Below, piece by piece: positions 39,100 to 51,135 of a stretch of 64,000 nt of DNA. The notes beneath the pieces were generated by a model. It did not search any database. It saw only the letters and a list, made by a program, of their open reading frames with translations, and was not told the origin of the DNA. The translations under genes were made by a program, and so were the position numbers. Source of the DNA: Felis catus (lineage: Eukaryota); NCBI RefSeq assembly GCF_018350175.1, contig NC_058368.1:78556001-78620000 (forward strand), given 5' to 3'. Position 1 is the stretch's first letter, and every line of letters begins with the position of its first letter.

Positions 39100-39960
39100 T
39101 TTGATAAAAACTAATTTTGCGTTGGTACTGGGCATCGTGTCTGTGTCTTTTTACGGAAGCTTCTTCCTTGCCTTTTGTAATATCGAAATCACATCGACAC
39201 CTTGATGAACACGTCCTCCTCGCTTTCCTTCACACACTCACTTTTATCCATTCTTTTTTTTTTTTTAATATTGGGATTTCAAAGAATCCGTCTTTATCTG
39301 TTTTCACTCCACACAATCCCCTGGAGTAATTTCATCTTTTCCCTTGCTTCATCTTGCAAATCATACCTGGAAATTTCCTTCCCTAGGTCTTCAGCCACAT
39401 CTGTCTCCTGTTTTCGACTCCTCTGCCCAACCATCTAGTAGACCCCTTTCTGTGGCCAGCTGCCTCGGTCTGAGATTGAACTCATGGCCCACCCCCCGCC
39501 TTCTGCCCCTTTGTCCCATGTATGAGTGGCCGGCCCTACCTGGCTCTGACTCCAGTGCCTCCTTCTTAATTCTCTTGTCACCCGGTCTTGCCCACTTTGC
39601 TGGCTCTTGACTATTTCCTTCTCATCAGTCCTCTGGTTGAGACTCTCACTCAAGTCTTCCTCATTTCCCTCTGGAATTGAGCAGTACTGTCTTCTAGTCT
39701 GGCTCCCCCCAGTGCATTCTCCATAGTTAGTCCAGAATTTTCCCACACATCCTACTATTTTTTTTTTTTTTGCTCTGTACATCTTCCCGTGATTCTGCAT
39801 TGCCTAGGGGATGAATTCCTTCTTCACCCCTAAGCTTTGAAGGAAAGGCCTTTTATGATTCGACCCCTGACTATTTTCCTCCACCTCTCTCTCGTGACTC
39901 CACAAGTATCATCTGTCATTCTAACCATACCACATCTCCTGTGCTTTCCTCGTGGCTATT
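39100..39960. mobile_element. Decayed L2 LINE
   Basis: L2-like pyrimidine-rich motifs (ccctggagtaatttcatc, gtcttctagtctggctccccc, aaggccttttatgat). Confidence 0.5.
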
Positions 39961-40180
39961 GTCGTGTGGGGAATGATCCTAAAGCAAGGAAGCCCTTGCT
40001 TCCAAGGGCCATACCAGCCAGCGGGTCCCCAAGATGGCAGAACAAAAGAGCTCATGCACTACAGTAAAATGCCTGTGTCATTCTGTTTCCCGACTCAGTT
40101 TGAAACACACACAAAGAGCAAGGGAAAATTTGACTGAGTTGATGTCTAAGGAGAGAACGCAAGGAGGCAGAAGCCCATAC

Positions 40181-40285
40181 TGTTTGAGTCCTAGGACGCT
40201 GCTGATGCGGTTATGAGGATCCAGAGTGAGGTTTAGTCCAGCAGCCCAGGGGTAGAAGGTGTCCTGGGTCAATGCCACGTGCTTC
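40181..40285 (-). pseudogene. Candidate 105-nt exon (phase 2/2), repeat 2 core: KHVALTQDTFYPWAAGLNLTLDPHNRISSVLGLK
   Basis: Acceptor gtgctctccaattcag|G, donor CA|GTATGG, open frame; HV-x9-W-x3-L spacing identical to exon 34177-33869. Confidence 0.5.
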
Positions 40286-40654
40286 CTGAATTGGAGAGCA
40301 CGGCCATCTGGCTACAGCTGTCGCTTGTTCGTTAGGCTGCTGTCACTTTCCTTGGGTCAAGCACATGTGGGGCCAGCACCACGTGTCACTGTCACCAGTG
40401 GGTGACCACATTTGGATGACAGAGCTGTCAGCCCGGAAGTGACAAGTTAATGGCTTAGTTCTGCCGTCGTTGCCACCTAGAGACACAGTCTTGTTTGCTG
40501 GAGCATGTTTTATTTTTATTTATTCCATCTGTCTTTGGCCTGTCTCACGGCTTGCTCACTCTCGTCTCCGTTCTGCCTGGCTTCCTCTGAGCCCCGTACC
40601 TGCACTTAGGAGATCAGGTGCTTGCTGCCTTCGCCTCACACACTACCAGCTTAC

Positions 40655-40769
40655 CGACAGTTCACTCTGAACGCTTTTCAAGCGTCCATCCAGCCCGGTT
40701 GTGTATCTCGTCCTTACAGCAGAATGAAATGTGAAACACGCTCTCAAATGCACAATGTCCAGTGCGCAC
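40655..40769 (-). pseudogene. Candidate exon of repeat 2 (FHSAVRTRYTTGLDGRLKSV); acceptor at 40769 or 40712
   Basis: Strong donor TCG|GTAAGC at 40655; open in phase 2; phase to neighbouring exons ambiguous. Confidence 0.35.
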
Positions 40770-40844
40770 CTGTGTGGCGGCTGGACACCGGCTGTGCCCC
40801 ATGGCCCAGCCTCCTTCCCCCCTTGCCATTGCTTTGTTTGTTAA

Positions 40845-40949
40845 GTTTTTTAAAATTTTATTTTAAGTAGTCTCCACACCCAACACGGGGTTGCACTCAG
40901 GAGCCCAAGATCAAGAGTCGACCCTTCTGCCGACTGAGCCAGCCAGGCG
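40845..40949 (-). mobile_element. Short Can-SINE variant lacking the (CT)n tract
   Basis: ...cccaagatcaagagtcg...ccgactgagccagccaggcg with a T-rich tail. Confidence 0.75.
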
Positions 40950-41465
40950 TTTTCATTCACCCTTCAGGGACTGGTCCTTGCTTCTCCTCCCCAGGAAGCT
41001 TCCGTGAGCCTACCAGTCTGGATCAGAAGCCCTAGAGGGAGCCTTTGTCTACACTGGTCATGGTCTTTGATCCTAGTTTACCCTAAGTGCACACGTACTG
41101 TTCCATTCGCTCTCATTACCCTGGGAACCACTTTGGGGGAAGATCTTGTGTTTTATCTGTGGGTGTTCTGGGCTGCGCTGTTCCCACGGCGGGAAGGGGA
41201 GGGGATGGTGTTGACGACAGCGTGTGTGTAGCATGTGTGTAGTTTTGTTTCCACCCCCAGTTGCACACATTCTGGTTCCACTTCATGGTAGTGCCTCCCC
41301 CACCCTCCGTGTGCCCATCGCACAGTCTTCTAGGCCGCCCCGTGGGGTGTGCTGTGTGTCTGTCCTCCTCTCCTTCCTCACGTGCTCTGCTGCTGGCGAC
41401 ACCGGGGCTCCGGGGACAGAGGTGAGAAGTGGTTTCAAAGTGCATCTCTTGGTGCTGGTTCTGAC

Positions 41466-41824
41466 CTGGAGTTGCCCCACGGCCGGCACACTGCCAAAGC
41501 CGCTGTGCTCTCCCGGGATTGCAGCAGCACTGGCTTTTCCTTGATGGGCCCTGTGAAGCCCCTTGGGGAGGGTTCTCTGCATTTGGGTGCAAATAATCTC
41601 TCCTTATTCTATATGCTGTTCACGGATCCCCCACGTCAATGCTGTGTTGACTTGCCAACAATAACCGAAATGGTCTACCATGGCAATAATACCTGTCCTT
41701 CTTGAAATTCTTCTGGTCTGGCTTCTGTGATACTCTCCCGTGTCTCTGACCATCTTAATTTTTTTTTTCCTTTCTTGGCCTTTTGGGTCATTTCTTTGGT
41801 TGTTTTTCAACCCAAGGCAGAAAC
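41466..41824 (-). pseudogene. Candidate 359-nt exon with three in-frame stops (basic linker plus start of repeat 2)
   Basis: Acceptor ctgacctcag|G, donor CAG|GTCAGA; phase-2 frame reads FLPWVEKQPKK*PKRPRKEKKN*...YYCHGRPFRLLLASQHSIDVGDP*. Confidence 0.3.
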
Positions 41825-42490
41825 CTGAGGTCAGCGCTCAGCTCACAAACTTTTCTAAAAATACCTGTCTCAGAGTGTTCAGCCTGCTTTTGCCTCGAGT
41901 TGCCACCTTTATGGTTTTGGTTCACAATTCTGATTTCACCCTTGCAGCCATCTTAACTGAGTACGAATCATGTTCTCATTACTGTCTAGTGAGTGGTGCT
42001 TGTGGGCTGGAGGTTCGTTTTTCCAGATTATACTAGCTTCCCAAATCAAATCTACATTTATCATCTTTCATCCAAAAGTGGAGCGTTTCCACTCCCTCTT
42101 TCGGTGATGGTCTCTCATGAATGTGTTAGAGAGCTGGATGGTATCTAACAAATGCAAAGTTCTCAGACCACACAGAAATCTAATCCGTGCATTTATTTTT
42201 ATTTGCTGGCATTGAACACCTAGCAGGTATTTATTAAGTAATTGTTCATTAACAGGTGCTTCTTAAAAGAAGATCATGAAATGTTTGGATCTGTGTGTAT
42301 TCCTTAAGCCAATTATTCATTTTTTCCAATCTTTCAACAAGTTTTCATCAAGTACTCATGCACTATAACTCTGTAAGGGGACAAAGGGAGTCACAGGCAC
42401 ACGGGTAAACTGAACTCACATTACGTTGGCCAGTGTAACAAGCAGAATGAGAACGTTCCTTGAAGGAATGCTAAGCCAAGCATATTTATA

Positions 42491-42492
42491 CA

Positions 42493-42529
<37 letters not shown>
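42491..42529. repeat. (CA)n microsatellite
   Basis: Directly visible. Confidence 0.96.
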
Positions 42530-42531
<2 letters not shown>

Positions 42532-43349
42532 TTATAACTGAGACATAACTATAAATTATAATTGAAGCAAACGTTTCCTGAACAGCGTTTGTTACCATAC
42601 GAGATAGACTCTGATAGTTTCAAGTCTAGAAATAACGCCAGTTACTACCCACTAAGTTTGTATCAAAACCACACTGTGAACAAAACCACCATGGTTTACT
42701 GGAAGCTGGGGACGATTGCTGTTGATTTCTAGCTCAAAGTGGGAAATGGCATGTTTACTTTACAACCTTAGAAGAGAAGCAAAATTTTCAATTGTACAAA
42801 TGGAATGGATGAAAATAGGTAAATAAGTTATTCAAAAGAAAGAGTTGGAATGCGTACTTAGCACTTAGAAAGGCGAAGGGGATTATGCAAATAGAAACTC
42901 AGGGACCGCATGTGCATTTTCTCTAATTTTATTGTTACATAGTAACAAAAAGCATTTGTACATATATTTGTACAACATATATACATATATATTCACATAT
43001 ATATGTAGATATGAATTGGTAGGGAGGTAAAGAGGTAGATGATAGATGTACATGCATATATGCCCATAAGTCATTGCACAGTGGGGCTACACGTTAGATT
43101 GAGTTAAGGCACCAACAGTAAGCATCCTTTGAGAGTAATTAAGGTACTCTTTTATTAAAATCTCATTTTTAATTTTATAAAAGGATTCCAAATATTAGGA
43201 GCTTTGCAGTGAAAAAAAAAAACCCATTGTGGAAAAACCATTTTCCACCAAGAGCTTGAATTGCCTCCTGCTCTCTGGCCTCTCCCATTTGGGAGCGTGA
43301 GTGGGGCTTCCTGTGCGGTGCACCCTTGAGTCCACGGCGAAGCTGCTAC

Positions 43350-43412
43350 CTGCCACCCGGGTCCCCTGAGCGAGTGGCTCTCAGCCGGGGTCTTCTCGCA
43401 CAAGATCTGTAG
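43350..43412 (-). pseudogene. Candidate 63-nt symmetric exon (SYRSCARRPRL... in phase 2)
   Basis: Strong acceptor ctccgccctgcacttctctccacag|, donor CAG|GTAGCA, open in phases 0 and 2. Confidence 0.35.
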
Positions 43413-43824
43413 CTGTGGAGAGAAGTGCAGGGCGGAGGCTCTGTGAAGTGTTTGCGGATGACATCTGTGTGAAATGCTGTGGCCACAAGGGAGACATCCT
43501 TGTCGTGTGGCCGAGGTCATCCACACACCCAGCTTCCTCGGAAGGCTGGACATGCAGGTGCCCCTGGGCCCCCTGGCAGAGCTGGCCCCTCCCTCTTGTT
43601 CCTGATGTGCCCCCACAGTGATGGGGGACCTGCTGGAGGCCCCTGGCCATACCCCGAGTGCAGTGATGAATGACAGAGCAGCGCTAACTCCGAGGCGCGT
43701 GTCCCAGCTTGTCCCTCAGCTCCTGCTCGACCACCACTGTTCTGAGCCCACCATGTGCCTGCGGCAGCCCCTCCTCACAGATGAATGACACAGTGCGCCC
43801 GTGAGATGTTTGATTCTTCTTCAT

Positions 43825-44227
43825 TTTGTATACGTGTTCCCTCAATAGCAGTGTTGAAGTCCTAACCCCCATACCTTAGAAGGTGACTTTATTTGGAGAT
43901 AGGGTTTTTGCAGAAATATTTAGTTAAGATCGGTGCTTGGAGCAGCCAGAATCCAATGGGACTGGTGTCCTTCCTGGGGACACAGACACAGACTTGGGCA
44001 CAGAGAGAAGACAGCCCTGTGATGGCAGAGGAAGTACAGCTACAAACCAAGAATTGCCAGTGATTGGTGACAGCCACCAGCAGAGGGGAAGGCATGGAAC
44101 AGATTGTCCCTAGAGCATGGCCGAGCCCACACCTTGATTCTGGACTCTTGGCCTCCAGAACCCTGAGACACTAGTTTTGTGTTGTTTTAAACCACTTTGT
44201 TTGTGGTACGTTTAAGAAACGAATACA
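43825..44227 (+). mobile_element. MLT1-type MaLR LTR
   Basis: gttgaagtcctaacccccatacc..gtgactttatttggagataggg...ggcctccagaaccctgagac...aaccactttgtttgtggtac...gaataca. Confidence 0.88.
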
Positions 44228-44478
44228 GACATCTGTCACTATACCAGGAAGATTCTATGAGAGAAACCAAGGTGTCGTACCGCCAAACTCATCATGATTC
44301 GCAATCAAAAATTAATCTTAGATTTGCTTTTCTAGTGTTGAATTGGAATTAAAACATCAAGGTTAAAATATCAGGCGAAGAATGAGTAGAAAGACTCGTC
44401 TGCAAAGGTGCAGGGTTTCTGTTTGCATGAGGCAGTTCGCCATACGCTGGGACGTGAACAGCAGAGCTTGGCTGGCCT

Positions 44479-44553
44479 GTTACCATGATGCACAGTTGCC
44501 ATGGCGATGGCAAACCAATGAATGGACCACCTCCCAGAGACAGGGAGGTGAGT
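44479..44553 (+). promoter_or_regulatory. RFX X-box-like motif, CCAAT and strong splice donor (candidate alternative first exon)
   Basis: GTTGCCATGGCGAT (44495-44508) versus X-box consensus GTTGCCATGGCAAC; CCAAT at ~44515; GAG|GTGAGT at 44547/44548. Confidence 0.35.
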
Positions 44554-44763
44554 AAGTGTGAAATTGATTCAGTTGTACTCAGGAATACGCTCAAGCCAAA
44601 TTTCTCAGGATGAAATTTCTGGGAGGAAACTGCATTTTTAGTTACATAGGCACGATGAATATGGTATTAAAGACTTAGTTTGGATATTCTAATAAAACGG
44701 TATTTGAAAATAGTGCAAAATATCATCAGTAGTACACATCAATCAAAAATTAAACGAGTCTTA

Positions 44764-44972
44764 GGGCACCTGGGTGGCTTAGTCGATTAAGGGTCCAACG
44801 TCGGCTTAGGTCATGATTTCGCGGTTTGCGAGTTCAAGCCCCACGTCAGGCTCTGTGCTGACAGCTCAGGGCCTGGAGCCTGCTTCAGATTCTGTGTCTT
44901 CCTCTCTCTCAGTCTCTCCCCCCCTCACACTCTGTCTCTCTCAGATATAAACCTTAAAAAATAAAAAAAAAA
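44764..44972 (+). mobile_element. Can-SINE
   Basis: SINE head, (CT)n, A-tail; degenerate TSD aaaattaaac(g/a)agt. Confidence 0.92.
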
Positions 44973-45010
44973 ATTAAACAAGTTTTAATATTTTAATATT
45001 TAAGCAGCCT

Positions 45011-45212
45011 GGGGCACCTTGGTGGCTCAGTCAGTTGAGTGTTCGATTTTGGCTCAGGTCATGATCTCAACGTTCTGGAGTTCGAGCCCCACATTGGGCT
45101 CCGTGCTGACAGCTCGGAGCCTGGAGCCTGTTTCAGATTCTGTGTCTCCCTCTCTGCCTCTGCTCCTCCTCCACTCATGCCCTGTCTCTCTCTCAAAAAT
45201 AAACATTAAAAG
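45011..45212 (+). mobile_element. Can-SINE, TSD ATATTTA(A/T)GCAGCCT
   Basis: SINE head and tail with direct repeats. Confidence 0.92.
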
Positions 45213-45678
45213 ATATTTATGCAGCCTGTGGTCAGGCCTTATGAAAATAATTTATTTGCATGATATATTATCGTGTTCAGAACTCATTTTCAGCATGCAG
45301 TCATTATACAGTGTTATTCTAGGTAGGAAGCCTTGATTGTTGTAATCCTTTATAATAAGTGGTTTATTTAAAGTAATCTGATATAATGGATGTGATTTGC
45401 TTCCTTTCTTGTCTTACTTATAATGCCTACACTAGGCTTTGTCTATCCCGTGAGGTTACTGAAAACACTGGAGGGAGGAGAAGGTTCTATCTGTGATGTG
45501 GCAGGTACTGCCCTACCTCTGTCTGATATGCAGTGTAGTTTCTATAGTTTCTGTTCACCAGATGTATTTGTAAGGAATAATCACTGTGAAGTTAGAGCCC
45601 GTCTCGTACCAAGGGCCCGCGCATGCTAAGAGCGGTCAACCTTCCCGTTAGTTCAGCTTGGAGAACAGAAGGGCATAC

Positions 45679-45978
45679 CTTGTTTACATAACAGAAACCA
45701 ATATTTGCTCTCTCTTATTCTCTTGGCATAGACTTCCAAGGGCAACGTTTGCCAGATCCTGGCAAAATGTTTGCTGATGATGCACTTCTCCTTGGGAGGA
45801 GAAGCGGAGCTCTCTAAACCAGAGCAGCGCTGCCTGAATGCTTTTATGACTTTCTAATAGTCGCATGTGGATCCGCGGACGTTTCTTACGAAAGGGTACA
45901 GATAGTTTGAACTGAGACTGGGCTGAGGTATGGTGCAATGTGTTTCTTTTTGTTTCGTGACCCCAAGCTGTTCATACC
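45679..45978 (-). pseudogene. Candidate 300-nt exon (phase 2/2), repeat 1 core, with two in-frame stops
   Basis: Acceptor cttccaaataaatatcag|G, donor AAG|GTATGC; reads V*TAWGHETKRNTLHHTSAQSQFKLSVPFRKKRPRIHMRLLESHKSIQAALLWFRELRFSSQGEVHH...REQILVSVM*T; stops at 45974-45972 and 45686-45684. Confidence 0.5.
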
Positions 45979-46601
45979 CTGATATTTATTTGGAAGCGCT
46001 AGCACCCTAACATGATGGGGTAGATGAGACGGTCCTTTGAACTCAGCCACACAAGTATCCATTCCTGTGCAGGCGGTGTTACCTGTTGCCTACGTGTAAA
46101 CCAGTGGAGGGCTGCGGACACCCAAACTCATGGAAAATTGTGTCCAGGAAATAGCCAAACACGACAAGCCACACAAGCAAGTAAATCAAACAAATCTTCT
46201 GGGACAAAGTCACTTCTGGAGTCATGGTGCACGTTCTTGTGTGAAGACAGTAAGCCTATTCAAAACGGGAACTCAGGAGACAAGGGAAGTGTTTCTAGAT
46301 ACAACCTCACACCCTCAGTGTGTTACCAGTGCACGGAATATGGACTCTGTAATCAACTAGACCTTCAGGTTCTACCTGCCCAAGGAAGCTTTTCCACGGA
46401 AGGTACCTAGCTGTCAGAGGACGTAAGAAAAGGCAGGAAGCGGAGAAACAGGCATATCCATTTTAAAATCACTGCTACAGCGCACGCTGGAACACCATTG
46501 ACGTTGACGTTAAACGTCTCACGATTTATTGATGAGCTCCATTTCTAGGAAACTTACTATGTATACCGCTTAGGGTACTGGCATTTAAAAATGGCTTCAT
46601 A

Positions 46602-46826
46602 GGGGCGCCTGGGTGGCTCGGTCCGTTAAGCGTCTGATTTCGGCTCAGGTCATGATCTCACGGTTTGTGGGTTCGGGCCCCGTGTCAGGGTCTGTGCTGA
46701 CATCTTGCAGCCCGGGGCCCGCTCTGGGTTCTGTGTCTCCCTCTCTCTCTGCCCCTCCCCCACTCGTGTTTGCTCTCTCTCTCTCTCTTAAAAATAAAAA
46801 AAAAAGAAAATAAAAAAAAGTAACAT
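46602..46826 (+). mobile_element. Can-SINE, TSD AAAATGGCTTCATA
   Basis: SINE head and tail with direct repeats. Confidence 0.94.
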
Positions 46827-47051
46827 AAAAATGGCTTCATAGGCAACTGTGATAGTATTTTGGCATGCCTATGTGACCCAGTGCTGTTCTATATCAAGTA
46901 CAGGCATTGACAGAACATCCTTAGAAGTGTGTAGACCAATGTGGCGTTGCTGCAACATCCGGCTGCCTGCTCCGGGGATTCATGAGATGGATGTCGACCA
47001 GGTAGGGTGTATTGCAGGTGGTGTGAGCTTCATACTTGAGCAGGACCACAC

Positions 47052-47232
47052 ATTTCCTTTTACCGCTTTGTTGAGGTATAATAGACATGCAAAAAGCTGT
47101 AGATACTTAATGTCCATAACTCAGTGAGTTTGGGGAGAAGTGTACTCCTGTGAAACCATCACCAAAATCAAGGACACAGGTGTATGCATCTCCCCCCAAA
47201 GTTTCCTCATGCCCTCTTTGTTATTATTGCCG

Positions 47233-47274
<42 letters not shown>

Positions 47275-47740
47275 GCGTGTGTGTCTAGTAAGAACGCTTA
47301 AAATAAGAACTACCCTCTTAGCAAATTTTAAGTATACAGAACAGTATTGTCAACCACAGGCACCATGCTGGACACTAACTCGCCAGAGCTTTTTATCTTG
47401 TGAAACTGAAGCTTCGTACCTTTGACCCTCGCCTCTGCCCCCAGCCCTTGTCAACCACTTTTCTGCTCTCTGCTTTTATGAGTTTGACGCTTTTAGATTC
47501 CACGTGTAGGTGAGATTACGTAGTAAATCTCTTTCTGTGCCTGGCTTATTTCACTTAGCATCGTGTTCTCTAGGTCCATCCTGCCGTGTTCTTGCAAACA
47601 CTGAGGGATAGTCCGTGGTGTTTTCTTTATTCATTCACCTGCTGATGAACACTTAAGTTGTTTCCGTATATTGGCTCTTGTGAATAATATTGCAAAAAAC
47701 ATGGGAGTTCGGGTATCTCTTCAAGATCCTGATTTCAGTG
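47052..47740 (-). mobile_element. L1 (L1MA/MB-type) 3' end, antisense, containing (TG)n at 47236-47283
   Basis: gctttgttgaggtataat..., tttagattccacgtgtaggtgagat...ctggcttatttcacttagcat, gtatctcttcaagatcctgatttca. Confidence 0.88.
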
Positions 47741-47944
47741 GCAGTACCACGTATGTTTCCACAATTAATTAAAAAAGTTTACACACACAGATCATGTAAG
47801 AAACATTGGTGTAGACCAAGGGCTTATTTATTTCAAAAGATCCAATGACATAATTTGATAAATGTGAACTCTAACATATTTGATCCAGAATGTTTTTGTC
47901 TGGAAGTGAAAACAGTTCTGATTCTGATGGTGAAAAACAAGAAT

Positions 47945-48170
47945 AATGACAACAAAACACCTGCCACTTGCTGAGTACTGAACATATTTTGCACATCATG
48001 CAGGGATTTTCACCTTCGTTATATTACTTAATTCTTAAGATACCCCCGAAAGTAGGTGATATTATTTTCATTTTAGAGATGAGGAAATAAAAATACAGAG
48101 AGTGGTTTTGTTATCACAAATGGTGGATGTGGGATTCAAATATGTTTCTAAACCTCAGGTTCTCCTCACT
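47945..48170 (-). mobile_element. MIR
   Basis: taggtgatattattttcattttagagatgaggaaat...gtgggattcaaat. Confidence 0.65.
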
Positions 48171-48189
48171 ACACGGATGAGAAAAATAT

Positions 48190-48910
48190 TTAACGGAATG
48201 GACACTTAACTTGATATAAAATAGATGAGTGGAGACAGGCAGGGAGAATTTCTAAGCAGAAGCAAAATGTTATCTGCAGATGTGGGGGTTGAAGTCTGTC
48301 AGGTTTGCTCAGATTGATAATGGGAACAACTTGACCAGGGTAGAAGACTAGTTGATGTGGAAAACTATAAACTAACATGGGGAAAATGGGATGTGGCAGT
48401 TTACGGAGGCATTTCAGTGCCAAAAGATGGAATTTAACCTTGGCAATGGGGAAGTAATTATTTTTGAGCCAAAAGGGTTCCACAGAGAAAGATATTTTAG
48501 TAATCATTTTAATACGAGTTGGGTGAAAGGAAACTATGGGCAGGAGAAAGGATAAGGAGGATACGAAATAATCTGGCCTTGTGTCTAGAAGATGAAGAGT
48601 CAGGATGGTGGCAGCAGGAGAAAGGGAAGGATGATGAAGAGAGGGATCAAGGGAATTTTGACATCATGTGACGAGTGAGTATGAAAGGCGAGGGGGATTG
48701 CAGATATTACCTCCAGAGTTTGCAGCCGGGTCCCCTGGAGAAAAGAAGGTTTCTTGACTGCTTGTGGGCAGTTGGTAAAGGGTAGTAACTGCATCAGCCC
48801 AGGGAACCAGGCTGATTTGTTCCCTGCATTGAGATACAGCAAAAACTGTAAATAAAAATGGCCAGTAGACATTTGAAGATGTGAAAACAAAATCTGGGCA
48901 TGGAAAAGCA
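48190..48910. mobile_element. Decayed L2 LINE
   Basis: Purine-rich L2-like motifs (ggcaatggggaagtaattatttttgagc, gggggattgcagatattacctccagagtt). Confidence 0.5.
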
Positions 48911-49094
48911 TGTAAAGACGTCTTCTGATTCCCTGAAAACCACTAAGGAGAACCACAAAGATAGTCCGAATGCCTACAAGCTACACGTGGTAACGTGAAG
49001 AACTCTGGGTGAATGAAACAGGGTGTATGAATTTATGTCACGGGCCACAGTAAAACATGAACAGACATGGCTAAGTCAACTCTTGCCATCTTCA

Positions 49095-51135
49095 CTAAGA
49101 TATAGTTCTCAAACTGTAGGACTCACCCCTTCAAAGTGTACAGTTTAACAATTTGTAGTATGGTCACAGTTATGCAGTCATCCTCACAATTGATTCCAGA
49201 AAATTTTCATCACCTACCCCCCCCCCCAAATAACCCCGTATCTATTAGTAGGCAGTTCCCATTCCAACCCACCTACCTCTAACTCAAGCAACCACAGATA
49301 CATTTTTCTGCCTTTATAGATTTCTTGCTTCTCCTGGACATTTCTTATAAATGGAATCATGTATGTGTGGCCTTTTGTGACTGGCTCAGTTCACTTAACG
49401 TAAGGTTATAATATAGCCCTGTAGCATGCATCAAAACTCCATTGTCTACACTGGCTAGTCTTCCTTTGTTTGGATATACCACATTGGATTTTTCCATTGA
49501 TCAGTTGATAGGCATTTCTGTTGTTCCCTTCTTTGGCTGTTATGAATAATGTGGTCATGAGTGGTCATGAACAAGGGTTTTGAGGACTTGGGTTGTCTTT
49601 TTATTGAGTTGTAAATGCCCTTATATATTCTGAATACCAGTCCCTTAAAGCATATGCTTTTCAAATACTCTCCATCCTATATAGTTGTCTTTTCATTTTG
49701 TGGATGGTTATCAACTGCATGACAAAAGTGTAAAATTTTGCTGTAGTCCAAATAATCTCCTTTTTTTTTTTTGGCACTTGTGCTTTTGGTTTCATATCTA
49801 AAAGAAAAAATTGCCTAATCCAAGGCCACAAAGATGTATCCCTGCATTTTCTTCTAAGCCTTCTGTATTTTTGTGTCTTACATTTATGTCTATGATCCAT
49901 TTTGGATTAATTTTTGTGTCTGGTTTTAAGAAGGGTCCAACCTTATTCTTTTGCGTGTGGCTGCCAAGTTGTGCCAGCCTCTTTTGTTCAAAAACTGATC
50001 TTTTTCTCATTTGCACCTCATTTGTCAAAATTCAGTTGACCATAAATGCAAGGGAATACTACTCCATTGAGCCGTACCTTCTTGTACCACATTGTTTTGA
50101 TTACTGTCGCTGTTCTGTAAGTTTTGAGATTGGCAAATGTGAGCCTGCCAATATTATCCTTTCTTTCAAGATTGTCTTGGCTAGTCTGGGTCCTTGGCCT
50201 TTTCATATAAATTTTACGATTAGCTTGCCAATTTCTTCACAAATCCAGTTAGAATGTTAAGAGAGTTTGTGTTGAATTTGTGTATCATTCTGGAGAATAT
50301 CTCCATCTTAAGATGGTGGATTCTGACCCATCGGCATGAAATGTCTTTCCATTTATTTGGATCCTTAATTTTTAAAAAAATGTTTTGTAGGTTTCAGCAT
50401 ATAAATCTTGGACTTTCAAAACTTTATTCTTAAGTATTGTCATGACTTTTGTGGCTACTGTAAAGAAAATTTAAATTTTTTATTTTGATTTATCCATGAG
50501 CATACAGGAAACAGTCGGTTTCTGTATGTTGATCTTGTATTCTTCACACTTGCTGAACTCAGTTGTTAGTTGTAATAGATTTTGTGTGTGAATTGCTCAG
50601 GCTTTCTATACACGACATCACATCCTTTTCAGTAGAGATAGGTTGACTTCTTCCTTTCCGGTCTGGATGGTTTCCATTTCTTTTCACCGTCGTTTCCCAG
50701 CTAGAACCTCCATTGCGGTGTTGAGAAGTGGTGAGAGCAGGCATCCTTGTCTTGTTCAGACCTCGGCGGGAAAACTTGCTGGTTTCCACCACTAAGTGTG
50801 ATGCTAGCACGGGTTTTGTAGATGCCCCTTTAGCAGGTTGAGGAAGTTCCCTTGTCTTCCTGTTTTGCTGTGTTTCTAGCAAAGGATGTTGTTGGATTTT
50901 ATCAAATGTTCTTCTTCGTCTCTTGAAATGGTCATGTGGGTTTTTTGTTTTTTGGTTTTTTGTGCTTCTACTATGAATATGGTGTTTTGCACTGACTGCT
51001 TTTCACGTGTTAAGCCTGTTTGCATCCCTGGTATAAATCCTACTTGGTCATGGTGTATAATCCCTTTTATATGTATCTGGATTTCACCTACTTATATTTT
51101 GTTGGGTTTTTTTTTTTTTTTTGCATCGTTTTTCT
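49095..51135 (-). mobile_element. L1MB-type LINE-1 ORF2 3' part and 3' UTR, antisense
   Basis: Minus-strand fragments KPDTKINPKWIIDINVR and IGRLTFANLKTYRTATVIKTMWY; tgcatccctggtataaatcctacttggtcatggtg. Confidence 0.92.

Noticed and set aside
45742..45774. Small inverted repeat GCAACGTTTGCCAG-atc-CTGGCAAAATGTTTGC
   Set aside because: Too short for a pre-miRNA, wrong orientation for an NFI site, and inside a putative coding exon; probably chance.
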